Assembly (NCBI GenBank): GCA_963710605.1 | Contig: CAVQBA010000006.1 | Location: forward strand, 256,001 to 320,000 | DNA length: 64,000 nucleotides | DNA from: an uncultured cyanobacterium | GTDB taxonomy: Bacteria; Cyanobacteriota; Cyanobacteriia; Cyanobacteriales; Cyanobacteriaceae | Direction of reading: 5' to 3' | Part shown: one piece after another, positions 28,671 to 39,890 of the stretch | Layout: every line of letters starts with the position of its first letter | Position numbering within the stretch: position 1 is the stretch's first letter | Made by a program: the position numbers and the translations under genes | Notes under the pieces: model-generated | What the model saw: only the letters and a program-made list of their open reading frames with translations | What the model was told of the DNA's origin: nothing | Databases searched by the model: none

Positions 28671-29687
28671 TTTTTTTTTAGGCTGTCATGCCAACTAATA
28701 TTTTTCTAGGCCGACAAAAGTGCTTCTGCCGTGAGCGGCTAAGAGATTATCTAACAACATAATATCTCCTTTTTGCCAAGGGAATTTGATCTCTTCTTCT
28801 AGATAAATTTGTCTAATTTGGTCTAATACAGATGGCTCTATTTCGCTACCATCACCATAATAAGAATTACGAGGAAGTTCGTTTGGTTCAAACAAAGATA
28901 ACAATTTTTGTTGAATATCAGGCTTCATATTAGACAGATGAAATAGATGTGCTTGATTAAACCATACTTTTTCTTTAGTAACAGGATGAGTTAAGACTGC
29001 TTGACAAGTTTGATAAGTTCTGAGATGATTTTCGTTTACCCATTCTTGTTTAATTCCGATTTTGTCACATATTTTTTTCAATTCTGATTTACTTTCAGTT
29101 TGAAACACTTGTTGCCACGGTAAATCTAAGCCATTACCGTAGTTACGAATATACATAATTTTTTTGTCTTCAAACTTAGAGCGAATGCTAGGATCAATTT
29201 TTTGGTAAACTGCTTTACTATCAGCGATCGGTGTATAGCCAAGTTCTAATGCGGGTTGAACACAATAAAAACCGATTTTCATTGGCCAGCTAAGACTATA
29301 GGACATTTCGTTATGCAAAGGAATAGACTGCTGGGCTGGATATTCTGTTGAGGTATAAACCTTATTACCAACTTTAGAGCGAGGGGTAGAAGCATAAGAA
29401 TATGTTAATAACTTACCAAAAGTCTTGGCGATTAAGTTTTCAAAATCTTCGACACCATTAACTTGAAAGCCTCTAAGTAAAACACCTCCATGTTCTAATA
29501 TTTTTTCTTGAACAAATTGTTTATTTTTAACAACCCAATCAACAACATTGATGTCTTTTTCTGAAGCTTTCATCAGTAAAGGAAGCATTGAGTTTTCATG
29601 CAAAGGAGAACATTCAACTAATTCTTGTCCTAATTCTTGTTTGCCAAAACTTGAGGTGAGATTCAATCTAGAAAGTAAATTTTTCAT
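28671..29687 (-). CDS. TauD/TfdA (SyrP-like) Fe(II)/2-oxoglutarate dioxygenase, apparent 1-bp frameshift near the 3' end
   Basis: VYTSTEYP, HNEMSY, WFNQAHLFH, WQKGD..LLDN...AHGR; adding one C near 28710 restores ...FVGPRKILVGMTA*. Confidence 0.88.
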
Positions 29688-30015
29688 AAAATTAATTGAT
29701 ATAAGTTAGTAAATTTCAACACATTTTGCTGATTGTATCTAGGTTGATACTTAAATCCTTCGAGCAACTTTTAAGTATCTGCGTACTTAATTTAGCCAAT
29801 ACTCGTTTAAGCAAAAATCAATATTTTGCCTTGATTATACTTTGGGCTACAATAATCAGCTTCAAATTCTTTAATCATTTTAGCTATTTAATCATCCTTT
29901 TTCCTGAATTGTTTATGTAGTATATTTATTTTAGATTGTTGTTTAAATTATTAGTTATTTACTAATAAAATACAGAATAGACAACATTTATTAAATAAAT
30001 TGACAATCTCAAACT

Positions 30016-31224
30016 TTAACTTGTTGTTGTCTTGATAAACAACTCTTTTAATTTTCGAGCTTCTGTATTAATGTTATGTTGTTCAATCACTTTTTCTTTT
30101 CCTAAGATACCCATTTGTTTCAGTTTTTCAATCGAGGTGTCTAGTGCAAGTTCAATCGAATCAGCTAAACTATCAATATCTCCTGCAGATATTAACCAAC
30201 CAGATTCTTCATTAACGACTAATTCAGGAATACCTGCAACATAAGTACTAATAACTGGTCTAGCTAAAGCTAAAGATTCCATAATCACAACGGGTAAACC
30301 TTCAGCAAAACTAGGCATTACCATTAATTTCGCTTCTTTAATTTTCTCTTTCACTTCATCACTAGTTGCCCAACCTGTAATATTAACTTCGGATTCTAAA
30401 TTCAGTGTTTTGGCTAAGTTTTCGATCGCACCTCTTAATTCTCCATCTCCTACTAAAGTCAGTTGAAAATCTATACCTTTTTCTTTTAATCTACCCAATG
30501 CTTGCAATAAAAGTAATTGTCCTTTCTGAGGGCATAATCTACCTACTTGGATTAATTTATTTGCTCGAGGAAGTTGGCTTATTTCAGCTTTAATAAATTT
30601 TTCATCTAAACCACAACGAATAATATTTATTTTCTGCCAATCTTGATAGTCACACCAACGGTATGCCTGACTTTTTCCATACGAACTAATTACTGCTACA
30701 AATTTAGCCCTTTTAATTTTTTCAGGTAATGCGATCGCTTTTGGCTTATCAAACTCTTCTGGGCCATGAATAGTAAAGCTATAACTGGTTTCACCTAACA
30801 TACTACAAAGCATAGCAACTGCTGTTGAATTAGTCCCAAAGTGAGCGTGTATATGCTTTATCTGAGCTTTTGATAATAAAAATGATAAAACACAAGCTTC
30901 AGCTAAATAAGCAAAATGGAGTATCAATCCTCGTTCTGAACCATAACCTATTTTACAAGTTAATTGTAATGCACGAATAAACGAAACAGGCTTAAGTAAT
31001 ATTGTTTTGAATATATTAAATAACAAACCAATGATACCAACATCAAGTAGATAAGTAGTTTGTTTTAGTTCTTTTAAATCTTCCTCATCAACTAATTGCG
31101 TGGCACAAGAGCGAACCGAATATCTAGTAATTTCCATTCCTTTAGCTTCTAATGCCAATATTTCTCGGCGAATAAAGCTATGGCTTACTTTCGGATATTG
31201 ATTAACAAGATAAGCTATTTTCAT
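30016..31224 (-). CDS. GT4 glycosyltransferase, WcaL-like
   Basis: YP..SHSFIRREI, HAHFG, VGRL..QKG, EGLPVVIMESLA, GIPELV. Confidence 0.9.
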   Translation of the reverse strand: MKIAYLVNQYPKVSHSFIRREILALEAKGMEITRYSVRSCATQLVDEEDLKELKQTTYLLDVGIIGLLFNIFKTILLKPVSFIRALQLTCKIGYGSERGLILHFAYLAEACVLSFLLSKAQIKHIHAHFGTNSTAVAMLCSMLGETSYSFTIHGPEEFDKPKAIALPEKIKRAKFVAVISSYGKSQAYRWCDYQDWQKINIIRCGLDEKFIKAEISQLPRANKLIQVGRLCPQKGQLLLLQALGRLKEKGIDFQLTLVGDGELRGAIENLAKTLNLESEVNITGWATSDEVKEKIKEAKLMVMPSFAEGLPVVIMESLALARPVISTYVAGIPELVVNEESGWLISAGDIDSLADSIELALDTSIEKLKQMGILGKEKVIEQHNINTEARKLKELFIKTTTS

Positions 31225-31379
31225 TGATAATGAATAATGAATAATTAATAATGAATAATTAACAGGGAATAGGGAATAGGGAATAAAAAGAATTGTTCTG
31301 TAAGTTCGTTCAGTGCGAGAATGGAAAATGATTAATGTACGAGTGCCTTTTAACTGTTAACTATTTACTGTTAAGGCTA

Positions 31380-32306
31380 TTAACCATGAAACACCAAACT
31401 CAGACATAATAATATTCCGCTAACAAAATGCCAATTAACAGCAATAAATTTACTATTTTTAACTTTGTTAGGTCGATCGTGATTTTCTCTCACTAGTTTG
31501 CTTAATTGTAAAGCAATCGGTAAACTTAAAAGAACGAGCAAACTTGTTAAGGGTAAAATACCTAACCAAATAAAAATTAAGGAAAAAGTATAGAATTTAA
31601 CTAAATTAATCGTCAAGATATTCGAGCCGTTTTTTGTCCCAAAACGAACTATAGGTGATTTTTTACCTGCGGCTAAGTCGTCTTTGACTTGATGAAAATG
31701 TGAACACAAAAGAATAACTGAAGTGGAAAGACCGATTAAAATTGATACCCAAAGACTATTAATTGAAAAACTTTGACTTTGGCTATAATATACTGCTTCG
31801 ATCGCCATCGGACCAAAAGTAAAGAAACAAATAATTTCTCCTAAACCTAAATAACCCAAACGAAAAGGAGGACCTTGGTAAGTATAGCCTAAAAAACAAC
31901 AACCAATAATAATTGTCAAAACAGTCAAGTCTTGTTGCCAATAATTAATTAAGCCAATACCAACTAATCCTAAAACTAACATCACATTCGCTATCCAAAA
32001 GATTAATTGACGATTACCTGTCAAATTAACGATAGAATGAGCTTTATTAACATCAATACCTGTATCCGCATCAAATACATCGTTAGTTAGATTTAACCAA
32101 GCAATAATAGAGATTGCCGAAAATAAAAACGTTAGATAAATATTGAGGTTAAACAATCCCGTTTCCCAGTATGCAAAAGCAGTGGCAAAACTAATGGGAA
32201 TTACTGCTACTGTGTACATTGGTGGCTTGATAGCACCGTACCAAAGTTGACTCTGATTTGGTGATTGTTCAACAATCGGTAATATTTGTTCTTTAGCAAT
32301 ACTCAT
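31380..32306 (-). CDS. menA: 2-carboxy-1,4-naphthoquinone phytyltransferase
   Basis: AIKPPMY, NLTNDVFD..TGID, YQGPPFRLGY.GLGE; divergent from menF. Confidence 0.92.
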   Translation of the reverse strand: MSIAKEQILPIVEQSPNQSQLWYGAIKPPMYTVAVIPISFATAFAYWETGLFNLNIYLTFLFSAISIIAWLNLTNDVFDADTGIDVNKAHSIVNLTGNRQLIFWIANVMLVLGLVGIGLINYWQQDLTVLTIIIGCCFLGYTYQGPPFRLGYLGLGEIICFFTFGPMAIEAVYYSQSQSFSINSLWVSILIGLSTSVILLCSHFHQVKDDLAAGKKSPIVRFGTKNGSNILTINLVKFYTFSLIFIWLGILPLTSLLVLLSLPIALQLSKLVRENHDRPNKVKNSKFIAVNWHFVSGILLCLSLVFHG

Positions 32307-32573
32307 GGTCTGTGGTTTAAAATGATACTTTAAATAAGTTTTTATACTTAATCAATCAAATTTTAATGATTTGGAGTTGTCTTTATCTCTATTGTTACAG
32401 GATAGTAGATCAATTACTTCAATCTTAGTTTTCGTTAACATTTTGATAAATAACTTCATTTATGAATTTTTATTTTTACTTTTAATTCTCAGTACCGACA
32501 GAAATTATAATTTTAAAATATCCAGTAATAAAATTATCTTTTTTAAAATCTTTATTATTAATTATTCACCATT

Positions 32574-33998
32574 ATGGTCGTAATTCCTAATCCTCCTAAT
32601 ATAATAGATTATCTTTATGAATTGAAAAATTTAATTTTTTCTAGTAGTTTATCTGCCAATAATACTCATAATAATCAACCAATTTATTCTTTTTCACAAG
32701 AAATAGATGCAATAGATCCTTTAATCTTTTTCTCAGTTCTACAAGAGTCAAATAAAGTATCTTTTTACTGGCAAAATAATCAAAAAAAAGAAGCGATCGT
32801 GGCTATAGGAGCGATTAAAATCCTTAATATAGATTCTCCCAAACAGTTTCGTCAACTCAAAGAGAAACGTTTTGATAATTGTCAAGATTTTATTTTAGAA
32901 AATCAAAAATTTATTACTTATACTAATGAAGATGTAGCATTTCATAATAGTTATTTTTTTTCCTATTTTAGTTTTTTTGCCAAAAATAATATTCAGAACA
33001 ATTTTTCTGATAGTAGTATTTTTCTTCCTTATTTACAATTAACGAAAAAAGATAAAAAATATATTTTAACTATTAATACTCATAATAAAATTGAGTTAGT
33101 AAAGAAATATTTAAATCAACGTAATTTTAGTCAACAGTTAAAAGCGATATATCAAAATCAAGAACAAAAAACTCACAATACTAAATACGAAATTGACGAG
33201 AAACAATATGATGGTTTTGAAGATAAAGTAAAAAATGCCCTCGAAACGATCGCTACCAAGAAATTAAGTAAAATAGTTGTAGCTCATGCTTTAGAAGTAA
33301 AAACAAAAGATAATTTTCGGATTGTCAAATCGTTACAAAACTTAAGGAAAAATCATCCAGATTGTTATATTTTTGCTCTTGGTAATCACACAGAAGAATA
33401 TTTTATTGGTGCTAGTCCAGAAAGACTACTTTCAGTCAAAAAAAATCAGTTGATTAGTGATGCCTTAGCAGGTTCAGCACCGAGGGGAAAACAGTCGCAA
33501 GAAGATATTTTAATCGGTGAACAATTATTACAAGGAGAAAAAGAAAAAAGAGAACATCAAGTTGTGGGGCAATTTATTTATGAACAACTTAAAAAAATGA
33601 ATTTATTGCCTCAAAAAGCACCTTTACAATTATTAAAGTTATCTAATATTCAACATTTATGGACACCTATTTATGCTGAATTAAATAACAATATTCATCC
33701 TTTAAAAATTATCAGTAAACTACATCCTACTCCCGCCGTAGCAGGTGAACCTGTTGATATTGCTTGCCAAGAAATTGCTAAATTAGAAGACTTTGAACGA
33801 TCGTTATACGCCTCACCTATTGGCTGGATTAATCTCAATGGTGATTGTGAATTTATTGTGGGTATTCGTTCAGCTTTGATTAAACACAATAAAGCAACTT
33901 TTTATGCAGGAGCGGGTATTGTCGCCGGTTCACAGCCAAAGCAGGAATTAATTGAAATTAAGCTTAAATTTCAAGCTCTTTTACAAGCACTAATATAA
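32574..33998 (+). CDS. menF: Isochorismate synthase
   Basis: KIVVA, GASPERL, ALAGSAPRG, KE..EH, LHPTPAV.G, AGAGIV.GS. Confidence 0.92.
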   Translation: MVVIPNPPNIIDYLYELKNLIFSSSLSANNTHNNQPIYSFSQEIDAIDPLIFFSVLQESNKVSFYWQNNQKKEAIVAIGAIKILNIDSPKQFRQLKEKRFDNCQDFILENQKFITYTNEDVAFHNSYFFSYFSFFAKNNIQNNFSDSSIFLPYLQLTKKDKKYILTINTHNKIELVKKYLNQRNFSQQLKAIYQNQEQKTHNTKYEIDEKQYDGFEDKVKNALETIATKKLSKIVVAHALEVKTKDNFRIVKSLQNLRKNHPDCYIFALGNHTEEYFIGASPERLLSVKKNQLISDALAGSAPRGKQSQEDILIGEQLLQGEKEKREHQVVGQFIYEQLKKMNLLPQKAPLQLLKLSNIQHLWTPIYAELNNNIHPLKIISKLHPTPAVAGEPVDIACQEIAKLEDFERSLYASPIGWINLNGDCEFIVGIRSALIKHNKATFYAGAGIVAGSQPKQELIEIKLKFQALLQALI

Positions 33999-34119
33999 GA
34001 ATTGACAATCAATATTTTTATTTTATTTAAATTGTTTATTACCAAATTTTGAATGGATTTCCCCATCCTTTGAAGGAGGGGTTAGGGGTGGTTGATATCT
34101 CTTTTAACTTAATTATTAA

Positions 34120-35224
34120 TTACAAAGATATAACTAAATAAGCATCTTGGAATTTTGCTCCTTTAACAGGTTTACCTTTAAGAATAGGAGGTAACAAAAT
34201 ATTTCTTCTTTGCTCACCTGCACTAATAGTTATTTCTGGTTCATGATTGAGTAAGTTTGACCTCTTTTTTCTTAAATCCAGGTAAATGTACTTTAACTTC
34301 TCTATTGTTAGTATCAACGATTAAAGGATGAGGTGCTTGAGTTGCCTGTATTTGAAAATCAGGTAAACTGTTAATCAATTCCTCCCAATGATCATTTTCT
34401 TTTGAGTTTAGATTGGTGATGCTTAAAGGTGCAAATTCATCAACTAGATTGATAGTCGTTTCATCAGGGTTAAGAGATAAAACACCACCGATAGTTAAAC
34501 CCACTTGTTGTGCACTTCCCCAACAATATTTGGCGGAAGCGATCGTTTCTGTCTCTGAATTAGTAACTAAAAAAGCGGCTACTCGCTCAGGATTACTAAT
34601 CGCTTTGATACCGTTATCTAACATCTGATTCGCTTGGTTAGTTGGTTGAGAAGCTAAATCATTACCACTCCAAGAAACATTTAAAATAGCACTGGTCACC
34701 GGTTGAATAAAAGGAGATAAAGTTTTGACTATGTCTGAGTTTTCTAATAAGTTACGTACTCTTCTGATATACCAACTTAGAGTATCAGGAATGCCGAACA
34801 TTCTTAAAACATCTAGACTACTATTACCGTCATAGATAATAACATCATAATCACCTGTTTGGTCTTGCTCTCGTAAATAGTTTAAAGCTAAAGCTTCATC
34901 CATACCCGGAATTATAGCTAATTCTTCCGCAAATATATTATTTAAAATAGGCGATCGTAAATACTTACGCTCTTGTTTTTTAACCTCATCCCAACTATCG
35001 GTTAATAACTGAGTCGGTTTTAATCGAATAACAGATAAATTAGAACTAATTGTTTGGATTCCTGATTCTATTTCTGTGCCTAATTGTGAAGCAAAAGCAG
35101 AGCTGTAATCTTGTGTTACTAATAATACTCTTTTTCCTTCTTGAGCATATTTTTTAGCGGATGCGATCGCAATTGTGGTTTTACCGACACCACCTTTACC
35201 GAGAAAAGTTAATATAAAAGCCAT
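34120..35224 (-). pseudogene. ArsA/Get3-family ATPase with C-terminal HSP20-like domain, frameshifted near 34245
   Basis: GKGGVGKTT P-loop; C-terminal ...KLTQ continues in another frame as PEITISAGEQRRNI.LP..L.G..V.GAKF. Confidence 0.85.
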
Positions 35225-35340
35225 TTGATAAAAAAAAACTATCTAGTTGAGAAATATAATGATGGGCAATGGCTGATTAAGAAGAAATATAAGTGCAGTT
35301 TCCTCAATAATCATTGCTCATAACCCTAGTGTTACACAAA

Positions 35341-35541
35341 TTATTTAACTACTTTAACTTCATCTTCAAAAAACCAACCTGTAGTAGAATCAGGAAATTC
35401 AACAAAGACACCAACACCGCTACCGTCAGTCATTTTAAAAGATTTAATTACTGCTTCTTGTCCTTGTTGGGCTTTTTCGATGTATTTATCATTGACTTTT
35501 TCTTTAAGACGGCAAACTTTTACTTTTTGTCCTACTTCCAT
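35341..35541 (-). CDS. petP: Cytochrome b6f subunit PetP (DUF2862)
   Basis: MEVGQKVKVCRL...FKMTDGSGVG..VEF.D....WFFEDE. Confidence 0.85.
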   Translation of the reverse strand: MEVGQKVKVCRLKEKVNDKYIEKAQQGQEAVIKSFKMTDGSGVGVFVEFPDSTTGWFFEDEVKVVK

Positions 35542-35725
35542 GATAGTTTCTCTAAAATTATTTTCTTAACAACTCTTAATTTTAACGGAATTTGGTCATT
35601 TTCTCGTCAAAGAATCTAGTTTAGTTGATAGTTGATAGCGGTCATTGGACGAAGAAGTCTTCTAAAGCAATGAATAATTGACCAAGACGTTGATAGTTAA
35701 AAACTAAAAACTAAAATATGATATT

Positions 35726-36358
35726 TCATTCATAAAAAACAGTTAGATATTGCCAATGATATTCATCTTCTAAAGAAGTTTGCTTCTGTTTTAGTAAAGC
35801 TATTTCTAGCAAGCTTTGGGTACTAAAAGCTATTTTTTCAGGAGCTTGTATTTTGATTAGCTTACCTGAACAACTCTTTTTTTGCTCGATCGTTTCTTGC
35901 CATTGTAAAGGTGTAAATTTAGCCTCTGTAGTGATAACTTTGAGCGGTTGTTGAGGAGTTATAAACTGATAAATTGCCCCAAAAACATTCTCGTTATGAG
36001 ATTGAATCTCGACAGCGATATATTGTTCTGGTTGTAACTTGTCGTGATGATACCAAGCGATCGCTATTAAAGTAGAAATACCATAAACAGGTACTTGTAA
36101 CTGTTGAGCTAGAGTTTTAGCCGTAACGACTCCAATTCTAGTACTAGTATAACTACCAGGACCATTCGCCACAGCAATAAAATCTAAATCTTGCCATGAT
36201 TGAGGTTGAATAAATTCAGCTAATTTGATCTGTATTTCATTCGCTAATTGCCTACCTAAATCCCATGACTGTTGCCGAAACGAACCTTGATGATTAACCA
36301 AACAAATTCCTAATTCTCCTGTAGTGGTATGTAAAGCTAATCCTTGTGGTGTTGTCAT
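35726..36358 (-). CDS. tsaB: tRNA threonylcarbamoyladenosine biosynthesis protein TsaB
   Basis: LALHTT, AVANGPGSYTSTRIGVVTAKTLAQQL. Confidence 0.9.
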   Translation of the reverse strand: MTTPQGLALHTTTGELGICLVNHQGSFRQQSWDLGRQLANEIQIKLAEFIQPQSWQDLDFIAVANGPGSYTSTRIGVVTAKTLAQQLQVPVYGISTLIAIAWYHHDKLQPEQYIAVEIQSHNENVFGAIYQFITPQQPLKVITTEAKFTPLQWQETIEQKKSCSGKLIKIQAPEKIAFSTQSLLEIALLKQKQTSLEDEYHWQYLTVFYE

Positions 36359-36643
36359 GATGATAGTTGATAGTTAGTAATTAATAATTGATAATTAATA
36401 ATTAATAATTGTGCTTGCTGATTATGATTTCGATTTAAGACAAAGATGCAAATACTCAATTGTCAATTGTTCTATGAATAATAGTATTATAGAATTAATC
36501 AATAACAATAGGCAAAAGAGTTAAGAGAACAAAAAATCTGAAACTCAAACACAATCAAAATATTTAATGTATGTTGTTTGTGACTCTATTGAAACTCTTA
36601 AACAAAAAAAAGCAATTTATTTAATTATTCAAATATAAGCTTT

Positions 36644-37828
36644 ATGGCTCAAATAGAAACTAGAACAGAACCCATGGTAATTAACATGGGGCCTCATCAC
36701 CCTTCAATGCACGGGGTGTTAAGACTCATTGTTACCTTAGATGGAGAAGATGTCATCGATTGCGAACCAGTAATTGGTTATCTACATCGAGGCATGGAAA
36801 AAATTGCTGAAAATCGGACTAACGTAATGTTTGTTCCTTATGTAAGTCGTTGGGATTACGCAGCAGGAATGTTTAACGAAGCCATTACTGTTAATGCACC
36901 AGAAAAACTTGCTGATATAGAAGTGCCTAAAAGGGCTCAATATATTCGGGTGATTATGCTCGAATTAAATCGTATCGCTAACCATCTACTTTGGCTTGGC
37001 CGATTTTTAGCTGATGTGGGCGCACAAACACCTTTCTTTTACATTTTCCGTGAAAGAGAAATGATTTATGATTTGTGGGAATCAGCTAGTGGTATGCGTT
37101 TAATTAATAATAATTATTTCCGTATTGGTGGAGTTGCTGTCGATTTGCCTTACGGTTGGATGGACAAATGCGAAGATTTTTGTGAATATTTTTTACCTAA
37201 AGTTGATGAGTACGAACAATTAATTACTAATAATCCTATTTTCCGTAGAAGAGTAGAAGGTGTTGGTACTATTACTCGTGAACAAGCAATCAATTGGGGT
37301 TTATCTGGTCCTATGTTACGTGCTTCGGGGGTGAAGTGGGATTTACGTAAAGTCGATCATTATGAGTGTTATGACGATTTTGATTGGGATGTACATTGGG
37401 AAACTTCAGGTGATTGTTTCGCTCGTTACGTAGTTCGTGTACGAGAAATGCGTGAATCAATTAAAATTATTCGTCAAGCAATGAAAGCAATACCCGGTGG
37501 TGCTTACGAAAATTTAGAAGCCAAACGAATGACTGAAGGTAAAAAATCTCAGTGGAATGATTTTGAGTATCAGTATATCGCTAAAAAAGTACCGCCTACT
37601 TTTAAAATACCTGCTGGTGAACATTATGTTCGTGTAGAGACAGGTAAAGGCGAGTTAGGAGTATTTATTGTTGGGCAAGATGATGTTTTCCCTAATCGTT
37701 GGAAAATACGCGCTCCTGACTTTAATAATTTACAAATTTTACCTGATTTACTTAAAGGGGTAAAACTTGCTGATATTATGCCGATTCTTGGTAGTATCGA
37801 TATTATTATGGGTTCTGTCGATCGATAA
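36644..37828 (+). CDS. ndhH: NAD(P)H-quinone oxidoreductase subunit H
   Basis: [35 protein letters not shown]. Confidence 0.97.
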   Translation: MAQIETRTEPMVINMGPHHPSMHGVLRLIVTLDGEDVIDCEPVIGYLHRGMEKIAENRTNVMFVPYVSRWDYAAGMFNEAITVNAPEKLADIEVPKRAQYIRVIMLELNRIANHLLWLGRFLADVGAQTPFFYIFREREMIYDLWESASGMRLINNNYFRIGGVAVDLPYGWMDKCEDFCEYFLPKVDEYEQLITNNPIFRRRVEGVGTITREQAINWGLSGPMLRASGVKWDLRKVDHYECYDDFDWDVHWETSGDCFARYVVRVREMRESIKIIRQAMKAIPGGAYENLEAKRMTEGKKSQWNDFEYQYIAKKVPPTFKIPAGEHYVRVETGKGELGVFIVGQDDVFPNRWKIRAPDFNNLQILPDLLKGVKLADIMPILGSIDIIMGSVDR

Positions 37829-37928
37829 TTTTAACTCGAACAAATATCATTAGTTTTCGGATTTAAGTATTTAAGTAGTAATATTAAATACATGGTGGGC
37901 TATGCCCACCTTACTACCACCTAATCTT

Positions 37929-37966
37929 CAATTCTCAATTCTCAATTCTCAATTCTCAATTCTCAA
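37929..37966. repeat. STRR-like (CAATTCT)n repeat
   Basis: About five tandem heptamers. Confidence 0.88.
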
Positions 37967-37970
37967 AAGT

Positions 37971-38681
37971 ATGTGTGGTAGATTTACCTTAACTAAAACA
38001 AAAGAGCAAATTATTGATTATCTTTCTTCTTTGTCAGTGCCAGTCGATAATTTAGATAGTTTTTCTCCTAGTTATAATATAGCCCCTACACAAAAGGTAA
38101 TGACGATCGTTTCAGTAGATAATCAATTATCTTGTCGGTGGCAACGTTGGGGATTAATCCCTAAATGGACAAAAAAAGCGAGTAAGACTAATCCTTTGAT
38201 TAATGCTCGGATGGAAACCTTATCACAAAAACCTTCATTTAAAGACGCATTTATTCATCGTCGGTGCTTGATTTTAGCCGATGGTTTTTATGAATGGAAT
38301 CGCCATTCTTACGGCAAAAACCCACTTTACTTTCATTTACCAAATCAAGAATTATTCGCTTTTGCTAGTTTATGGGAATCTTGGCAAAATTCTGAGGGTA
38401 AAACAATCAATAGTGCCACCATTATCAATACCTCAGCACAAGGAGTGATGGAGGAAATTCACCCAAGGATGCCCGTTATTTTATCACCTTCGGTTTATCA
38501 GCAATGGTTGAATCCACAATTAAATTCACCATCAGATTTGAGTTTGTTATTACAAAACACTCAACAAAACTTTACTTATTATCCAGTTAGTCAGCAAGTT
38601 AATTTTGTGAAAAATAATTACCCTGATTTATTAAAAAAAGAAACCCTTAAGCGTACACAACAACTAAGTTTATTTGAATAA
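37971..38681 (+). CDS. SOS response-associated peptidase (SRAP/YedK family)
   Basis: True start MCGRF at 37971; YNIAPTQ, WGLIP.W, INAR.ET, GFYEW, IH.RMPVIL. Confidence 0.92.
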   Translation: MCGRFTLTKTKEQIIDYLSSLSVPVDNLDSFSPSYNIAPTQKVMTIVSVDNQLSCRWQRWGLIPKWTKKASKTNPLINARMETLSQKPSFKDAFIHRRCLILADGFYEWNRHSYGKNPLYFHLPNQELFAFASLWESWQNSEGKTINSATIINTSAQGVMEEIHPRMPVILSPSVYQQWLNPQLNSPSDLSLLLQNTQQNFTYYPVSQQVNFVKNNYPDLLKKETLKRTQQLSLFE

Positions 38682-38831
38682 AAATCTCAAAAAATTAGTT
38701 TTATCTTTTGATTAATAATTAATTATTTAACTCATTTTTAATTAGCAAAATAAGACAATAAGCCCACTGGTTACTTTGGAATGCAAAATTCTCCTATATA
38801 ATAACTTTGTGTAATTTTAATTGTTGAGATA

Positions 38832-39890
38832 ATGAATTTTATTAATGATTGGAGTCTAATTATTAAGATTGTTATTCCTGTAATCACTATTTTAGTAGCA
38901 GGATTAATTGGCTATATTATTGATAGGCGTTTAAAAAGTTTTAGAAAAAACCTTGACCCTGAAAGTTTTTTAGGTCAATATTCTTCTTTAATCAAATCGT
39001 TTGAAGGCTCAATCACTACTTTAGCAGTAGTAGGAGCGATCGCTTTAGTATTACCAATAATGTATTTACCTCCTACATTCAATAGTTTAGCGGAGAAAAT
39101 ATTAATTGTAATAGCTTTAGGAATGGCCACTTTAGTTGTTTCTCGTTTAGCCGTTAATACAATTCAGTTGTATAGTATTCAACACGAAACTACAGTTTCC
39201 TTAACTTCATTATTTGAATATTTAACTAAAGTTATTATCTTTAGTATTGGTTTTCTGATTATTATTCAATCAATAGGAATTCAGATAACTGCTTTAATCA
39301 CCGCTTTTGGGGTAGGTAGTTTATCAATTGGTTTAGCATTTCAAAGTACATTGGGAAACTTAATTTCGGGTGTTAATATTATTATTTCTCGTAAAATAAG
39401 ACCGGGAGATTATATTAAATTAAAAGACGGTGAAGAGGGTTATGTTCTTGATGTCGAACTAAAATACACAATCATCAGAGATATTTACAATAATGTAATT
39501 GTTATTCCTAATGGTAGTATTGTCGATGCTAGTTTTAAAAACTATACCCTAGAAGAACCGTGGATGCTAATTCCAATCAAGGTAGGTGTTAGCTACGATA
39601 GTGATTTAGAAAAGGTAGAACAAGTTACTTTAAATACAGCTAAAAAAATTATTCAAGAGATGGAAAATGGAATAACTGATTTTGAACCGTTTTTGAGATA
39701 TGAAAGTTTTGATTATTTTGCCATTACTTTAGTCGTCTATTTAAAAATTAATGAATATTACGATCGTTTGGTAGTAACTCATCAATTTATTAAGGAAATT
39801 CACCGCAATTATCAATTAGAAGATATTAAAATGGCTTTTCCTCTTTCCGAAAATTTTTTAATGTTCAAAGATAATCAAACATTTAAATAA
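38832..39890 (+). CDS. MscS-family mechanosensitive channel
   Basis: GVGSL.IGLAFQ.TL.NLISG, GDYI, IPN, VGVSYDSDLEKV. Confidence 0.9.
   Translation: MNFINDWSLIIKIVIPVITILVAGLIGYIIDRRLKSFRKNLDPESFLGQYSSLIKSFEGSITTLAVVGAIALVLPIMYLPPTFNSLAEKILIVIALGMATLVVSRLAVNTIQLYSIQHETTVSLTSLFEYLTKVIIFSIGFLIIIQSIGIQITALITAFGVGSLSIGLAFQSTLGNLISGVNIIISRKIRPGDYIKLKDGEEGYVLDVELKYTIIRDIYNNVIVIPNGSIVDASFKNYTLEEPWMLIPIKVGVSYDSDLEKVEQVTLNTAKKIIQEMENGITDFEPFLRYESFDYFAITLVVYLKINEYYDRLVVTHQFIKEIHRNYQLEDIKMAFPLSENFLMFKDNQTFK

Noticed and set aside
37902-37970. N-terminal extension of the SRAP protein in the ORF track
   Set aside because: It is translated REP and heptamer repeat (QFSILNSQFSIL); SRAP proteins need the Cys at position 2, so the start is 37971.
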